DNA of 64,000 bases from Pseudomonadota bacterium (GTDB taxonomy: Bacteria; Pseudomonadota; Gammaproteobacteria; Burkholderiales; Burkholderiaceae_C): assembly GCA_020161145.1 (NCBI GenBank), contig JAIUPQ010000009.1:37781-101780 (forward strand), written 5' to 3'. Position numbers and translations under genes: made by a program. Below are positions 60,589 through 64,000 of this stretch, in pieces (the first letter of the stretch is position 1; each line of letters opens with the position of its first letter). Below the pieces are notes generated by a model. It saw nothing but the letters and a program-made list of their open reading frames with translations, did not search any database and was not told where the DNA came from.

Positions 60589-60750
60589 ACGGCCCACCCC
60601 CTACGCGATCACAGATCGCGCCCCCTCAAGAGGGCACTGCCAGCGGACCGGCGAAGCCGGATCCACGGCAGTCACCAGGCTAGATGGCGGTGTGCGTAAG
60701 GAGGCGTGTAGTCGCTGGGGTGTGTGGCGTTCAGTTGCCGGCGGCGCGCG

Positions 60751-61041
60751 TCAGCTGTCGGGGTCTTTGGCGTCGGCCAGACGCCGGGCGAGGCGCTCCA
60801 GCCAGGCCCTGAGTTGCGCGTGATCGCGCACCGTGGTGGTCTGCCACTCGGGGCTGCGGGCGGGCGCGCGCGCCGCGTCCAGCAGCAGGGCGCCGCCCTC
60901 CACGCGCACGCGGGCCCAGGCCGTGCCGCGGGCCTCGAAGCGGCCCTCGCGTTCGGTGAGGTTCAACTCCCGCAACTGCCGCCGCACTTTTTGCAGTGCG
61001 GCGTCGGCGTCGAACGGGGGCGGGGCAAAGAAGTCGCTCAT
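60751..61041 (-). CDS. hypothetical protein (96 aa)
   Basis: The ORF has high-G+C codon bias consistent with coding and lies 5 nt downstream of the substrate-binding-protein gene on the same strand. No family is recognised. Confidence 0.4.
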   Translation of the reverse strand: MSDFFAPPPFDADAALQKVRRQLRELNLTEREGRFEARGTAWARVRVEGGALLLDAARAPARSPEWQTTTVRDHAQLRAWLERLARRLADAKDPDS

Positions 61042-61045
61042 GGGG

Positions 61046-62380
61046 TCAGCCGGCGGGGCAATCGGCCGCAGTCGGCCGGGTGATTTTCTTCTCGCTGGCG
61101 TAGCGGTCGGCCGCCTCCTTGACCAGGGGAGCCAGCACCCGCTCGTCGGCCTGGTACCAGTCGCCTCCCATCACCCATTTGCGGCCGTCCCAGGTCTGGA
61201 TGCGGGCCCAGGACGAGCCCATGTGGTCGTGGCACGAGGTCGCGATGGGCCGCATCACGCCGCCAAAACCCAGCGCGTCCAGCCGCTTCTGGTCGAGGTT
61301 GAGGTTCTCCAGCCCCCAGCGCACCTGCGCGCTGGTCATGACCTGACCCTTGCCGAAATGCTCTTGCGCGCGGCGGATGGCTTCCACCGTCAGCATCTGG
61401 ATGACGACGCCGCGCAGGTACAGCACCGAGCCCACCTCGGCGCGCGGGCCGGTGCCCAGGCCCTGGTCGTGCACCACCCGCAAGATGTCCTGCACCACCT
61501 TGACCTGCAGGCCGGCGCCGTTGAGCGCCAGCGCGTGATAGCCCTTGGCACCGTCGCCCGCGCCCCGCACGTCGGGCTCGGTGCCTGCCCACCAGACGCC
61601 GTACATCCGCTCCCGTGCAAAGCCCACGGCCTGGGCCTCTTTGAGCGCCGCCGGGTTCATCCCGCCCCAACCCCACAGCAACACGTAGTCGGGGCGGCTC
61701 TGGCGCACCTGCTGCCAGGCGGTCTTTTGCTCCGTGCCCGGCGCCGGCACCGGAATCAGCGCCAGCGTGAACCCCAGCATCCGGGCTCGGGCCTGCAGCA
61801 GCGCGATGGGCTCCTTGCCGAACGGACTGTCGTGGTAGAGCAGGGTGATCTTGCGGCCCCGCAGCCGCTCGGGCCCGCCCTCCCGCTTGGCAATGGCCTG
61901 CACGAGGATGTCGGCCGCCGTCCAGTAGCTGCCCATCAGCGGAAAACTCCACTTGAAGACGCCACCGTCCTGCGAGGCGGCGGGGCCATAGCCCAGCGTC
62001 AGCAGCGCAATGCCGTCGCTGCGCGCCAGGTCGGTCAGTGCCAGCGCCAGGCCGGTGGACTGCGGATCGAACAGGCTGGCGCCTTTGCCCTTGAGGCGCT
62101 CATAGCAGGCCACCCCTTTGTCGGTGGCGTAGCCGGTCTCGCACTCCTCGTAGGCCATGCGCACGCCGTTGATGCCGCCCTGGGCATTGATGAGCTTGAT
62201 GTAGTCCTGCTTGCCATTGGCCCAGGGCGTGCCGCCCGGCGCATACGGGCCGGTGCGGTGGACCAGCAGGGGAATGAACTGCTCGTTGGCCTGCGCCCGC
62301 ACGGCCGTGGGCAGGCTGCCAAGGCTGCTGGCCAGGAGGGTGGCCAGCACGATGAAGCGTTCCAGCAGGCGTGAGGGCAT
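61046..62380 (-). CDS. ABC-transporter periplasmic substrate-binding protein (type-1 PBP, LivJ/branched-chain-amino-acid-like), orphan
   Basis: ATG at 62380. The signal peptide ends in AVRAQA. GPYAPGGTPWANGKQDYIKLINAQGGINGVRM is typical of the Leu/Ile/Val-binding family. No permease or ATPase genes are adjacent. Confidence 0.8.
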   Translation of the reverse strand: MPSRLLERFIVLATLLASSLGSLPTAVRAQANEQFIPLLVHRTGPYAPGGTPWANGKQDYIKLINAQGGINGVRMAYEECETGYATDKGVACYERLKGKGASLFDPQSTGLALALTDLARSDGIALLTLGYGPAASQDGGVFKWSFPLMGSYWTAADILVQAIAKREGGPERLRGRKITLLYHDSPFGKEPIALLQARARMLGFTLALIPVPAPGTEQKTAWQQVRQSRPDYVLLWGWGGMNPAALKEAQAVGFARERMYGVWWAGTEPDVRGAGDGAKGYHALALNGAGLQVKVVQDILRVVHDQGLGTGPRAEVGSVLYLRGVVIQMLTVEAIRRAQEHFGKGQVMTSAQVRWGLENLNLDQKRLDALGFGGVMRPIATSCHDHMGSSWARIQTWDGRKWVMGGDWYQADERVLAPLVKEAADRYASEKKITRPTAADCPAG

Positions 62381-62556
62381 CGGTGTTTCCTTGGTGCGGT
62401 GCGCAACGGTGATGGCAGCGCCGGCGCCTTCCACAAAACCGCCGCGGCATGCCATTTTCTTTGCTTGTGCGGCGCCCCATGCGGCAGAGGCAATCGTCAA
62501 GTTGCGGGATGCCACGCCGATAGCCAGTTCAGTGGACTTGTGGAACAGCAACCTGT

Positions 62557-63828
62557 ATGAGCGAGAGCATTCCGGTCAGTGATTTGCGTGTCGGCATGTT
62601 CATCCACCTCGATCTGGGGTGGATGGCGCATCCGTTCCCGCTGTCCAGCTTCCGCATCGTGTCGGCCGATCAGATCGATACGGTACGCGGCCTGGGCCTT
62701 GCGCGCGTGCGCTGGGATCCGGCACGCAGCGAGGTGGCGGCCCCTGCTGGCGTCGGGCTGCTTGAAGCGGAGTCGCCTCCGCCGGCCACCGAGGCCCCTG
62801 CGCTGAGCGCAGCCGCGCAGGCCCAGGCGGCGCGACAGCGGGCCATGGAAGCGCAGGAGCAGGCCACCGAGCTGTGCGAGCGGCAGTTCGCCGAGGCGGC
62901 GCGCGACGTGCGCCGCATCCACGATCAGGCACAGGCCGACCCGGCGGCGGCGCTGGCCGACGTCAACCGGCTGACGGGCGCGCTGCTCGACAAGATGCTG
63001 GTCGCCGACAGCCTGAACGTGCGCGTGCTGACCGAGCCCGCTGGCGAGCGGGCCGCCACCCATGCCCTCAATGTGGCCACCGTGGCCATGCTGCTGGGGC
63101 GCCAGCAACAGCTGGTGCGCGCCGATCTGGGGGATCTCGGGGCCGGCGCGCTGCTGCACGACGTGGGCAAGCAGATGCTGCCCGATCGCCTGCGCCTGCG
63201 CCGCGATGACTTCAGCGCCAGCGAACTGGCCGCCTACCGCCAACATGTCGTTCACGGGGTGGCGCTGGTGCATGGCATGGGCGTGGCGCAGCCGGTGCTG
63301 CTGGCCGTGGCCCAGCATCACGAACATCTGGACGGCAGCGGCTTTCCACAGGGCGTGGCGGGTGACAAGATCACCCCGCTGGCGCGGCTGGTCGGGCTGG
63401 TCAACGCCTTCGACAACCTGTGCAACCCGGCCGAGGCGGCCAAGGCGTTGACGCCGCACGAAGCGCTCTCGAGGCTCTACGCCCAAGGGCGTGGCAAGTA
63501 TGATCCGACGCTGATCAGCGCGCTGATCCGACTGCTGGGCATCTACCCACCGGGCTCGGTGGTGGAGTTGTCCGACAGCCGGCTGGCCCTGGTTACCAGC
63601 GTCAACGACGCCCGACCGCTCAAGCCGTGCGTGCTGGCGTATGACGGCAAGGCGTCCTCTCAGAAACTTTCGCATCTCGATTTGGCTGACTATCCCGATC
63701 TGGGCGTGCGCCGCAGCCTGCGGCCCGATCAGTTGCCCGCCATGGCGGCCAGCTACCTGCGTCCCCGCCGCCGGCTGACGTACTTCTTCGACGCCGCGCC
63801 CCCCAACGACGACGAGCCCGCCGCATGA
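62557..63828 (+). CDS. HD-GYP-domain protein (probable c-di-GMP phosphodiesterase) with a DUF3391-like N-terminus
   Basis: The N-terminus (LRVGMFIHLDLGWMAHPFPLSSFRI) is DUF3391-like. The HD-GYP core is HALNVA...ALLHDVGK...HHEHLDGSGFPQG. Confidence 0.88.
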   Translation: MSESIPVSDLRVGMFIHLDLGWMAHPFPLSSFRIVSADQIDTVRGLGLARVRWDPARSEVAAPAGVGLLEAESPPPATEAPALSAAAQAQAARQRAMEAQEQATELCERQFAEAARDVRRIHDQAQADPAAALADVNRLTGALLDKMLVADSLNVRVLTEPAGERAATHALNVATVAMLLGRQQQLVRADLGDLGAGALLHDVGKQMLPDRLRLRRDDFSASELAAYRQHVVHGVALVHGMGVAQPVLLAVAQHHEHLDGSGFPQGVAGDKITPLARLVGLVNAFDNLCNPAEAAKALTPHEALSRLYAQGRGKYDPTLISALIRLLGIYPPGSVVELSDSRLALVTSVNDARPLKPCVLAYDGKASSQKLSHLDLADYPDLGVRRSLRPDQLPAMAASYLRPRRRLTYFFDAAPPNDDEPAA

Positions 63829-63856
63829 CGACCGCGCTCGCCCCAAGGCTGGTCCC

Positions 63857-64000
63857 GTGAGCGCCACCGACGCCGCCATTGCCTGGCTGGCCGGCCAGCA
63901 GCGGGCCCAGGCGGTGCTGCTCGACGGCATGGACGGCCCGGCGTGGCTGGTCGATGGCCGCCAGCTGGCCGTGCTGCATGCCAACGCCGACGCCGCCCGC
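63857..64000 (+). CDS. 5' end of a CDS running off the window (possibly a PAS-type sensor); partial
   Basis: GTG at 63857 opens a frame to the window end (VSATDAAIAWLAGQQRAQAVLLDGMDGPAWLVDGRQLAVLHANADAAR). The PAS-like guess rests only on this short stretch. Confidence 0.3.
   Translation, partial: MSATDAAIAWLAGQQRAQAVLLDGMDGPAWLVDGRQLAVLHANADAAR

Overview
High-G+C, densely coding chromosomal segment that looks betaproteobacterial (Burkholderiales/Comamonadaceae-like; inferred from gene content, synteny and composition, with no search run). I call about 70 genes, most of them core housekeeping. They include queA-tgt, maeB, thiL-pgpA-cinA, a fruB-fruK-fruA fructose PTS operon, holA-lptE-leuS, bamE-dapB-exbB-exbD divergent from fur, hprK-ptsN-hpf, corA, mnmA, fadD, azlCD, pgk, pyrC, cysK, RNase P RNA (rnpB), rplM-rpsI, a bactofilin, erpA, anmK, an M23 peptidase, tyrS, an FKBP isomerase and an HD-GYP protein. 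Many long ORFs in the six-frame track are antisense shadow ORFs typical of high-G+C DNA and are not called. Accessory-looking parts are: (i) a visibly lower-G+C block at about 2.3-5.6 kb, holding a TonB-dependent receptor and most of a SAM-methyltransferase, next to a secreted barnase-type RNase and its barstar inhibitor; (ii) a small lower-G+C islet (DUF4262 plus an SPFH-like protein), followed by a 229-bp element bounded by inverted repeats. The standout is (iii), a contiguous minus-strand locus at 35.5-44.9 kb. A sigma-54 -24/-12 promoter precedes a small secreted protein and a 222-aa lipoprotein made almost entirely of Met-X-Gly triplets (52 by hand count). A strong hairpin plus U7 follows, and then come a pentahaem cytochrome c, a Tat-exported DmsA-family molybdoenzyme, a DmsB-type FeS subunit, a TorD-type chaperone, a sensor kinase with a periplasmic CXXCH haem motif, and a sigma-54 activator. 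I propose, as inference only, that this is an undescribed periplasmic methionine-redox or oxidant-scavenging module, with Cu(I)/Ag(I) binding as the alternative. All coordinates and motifs were read by hand from the sequence and ORF track. No database search was possible.
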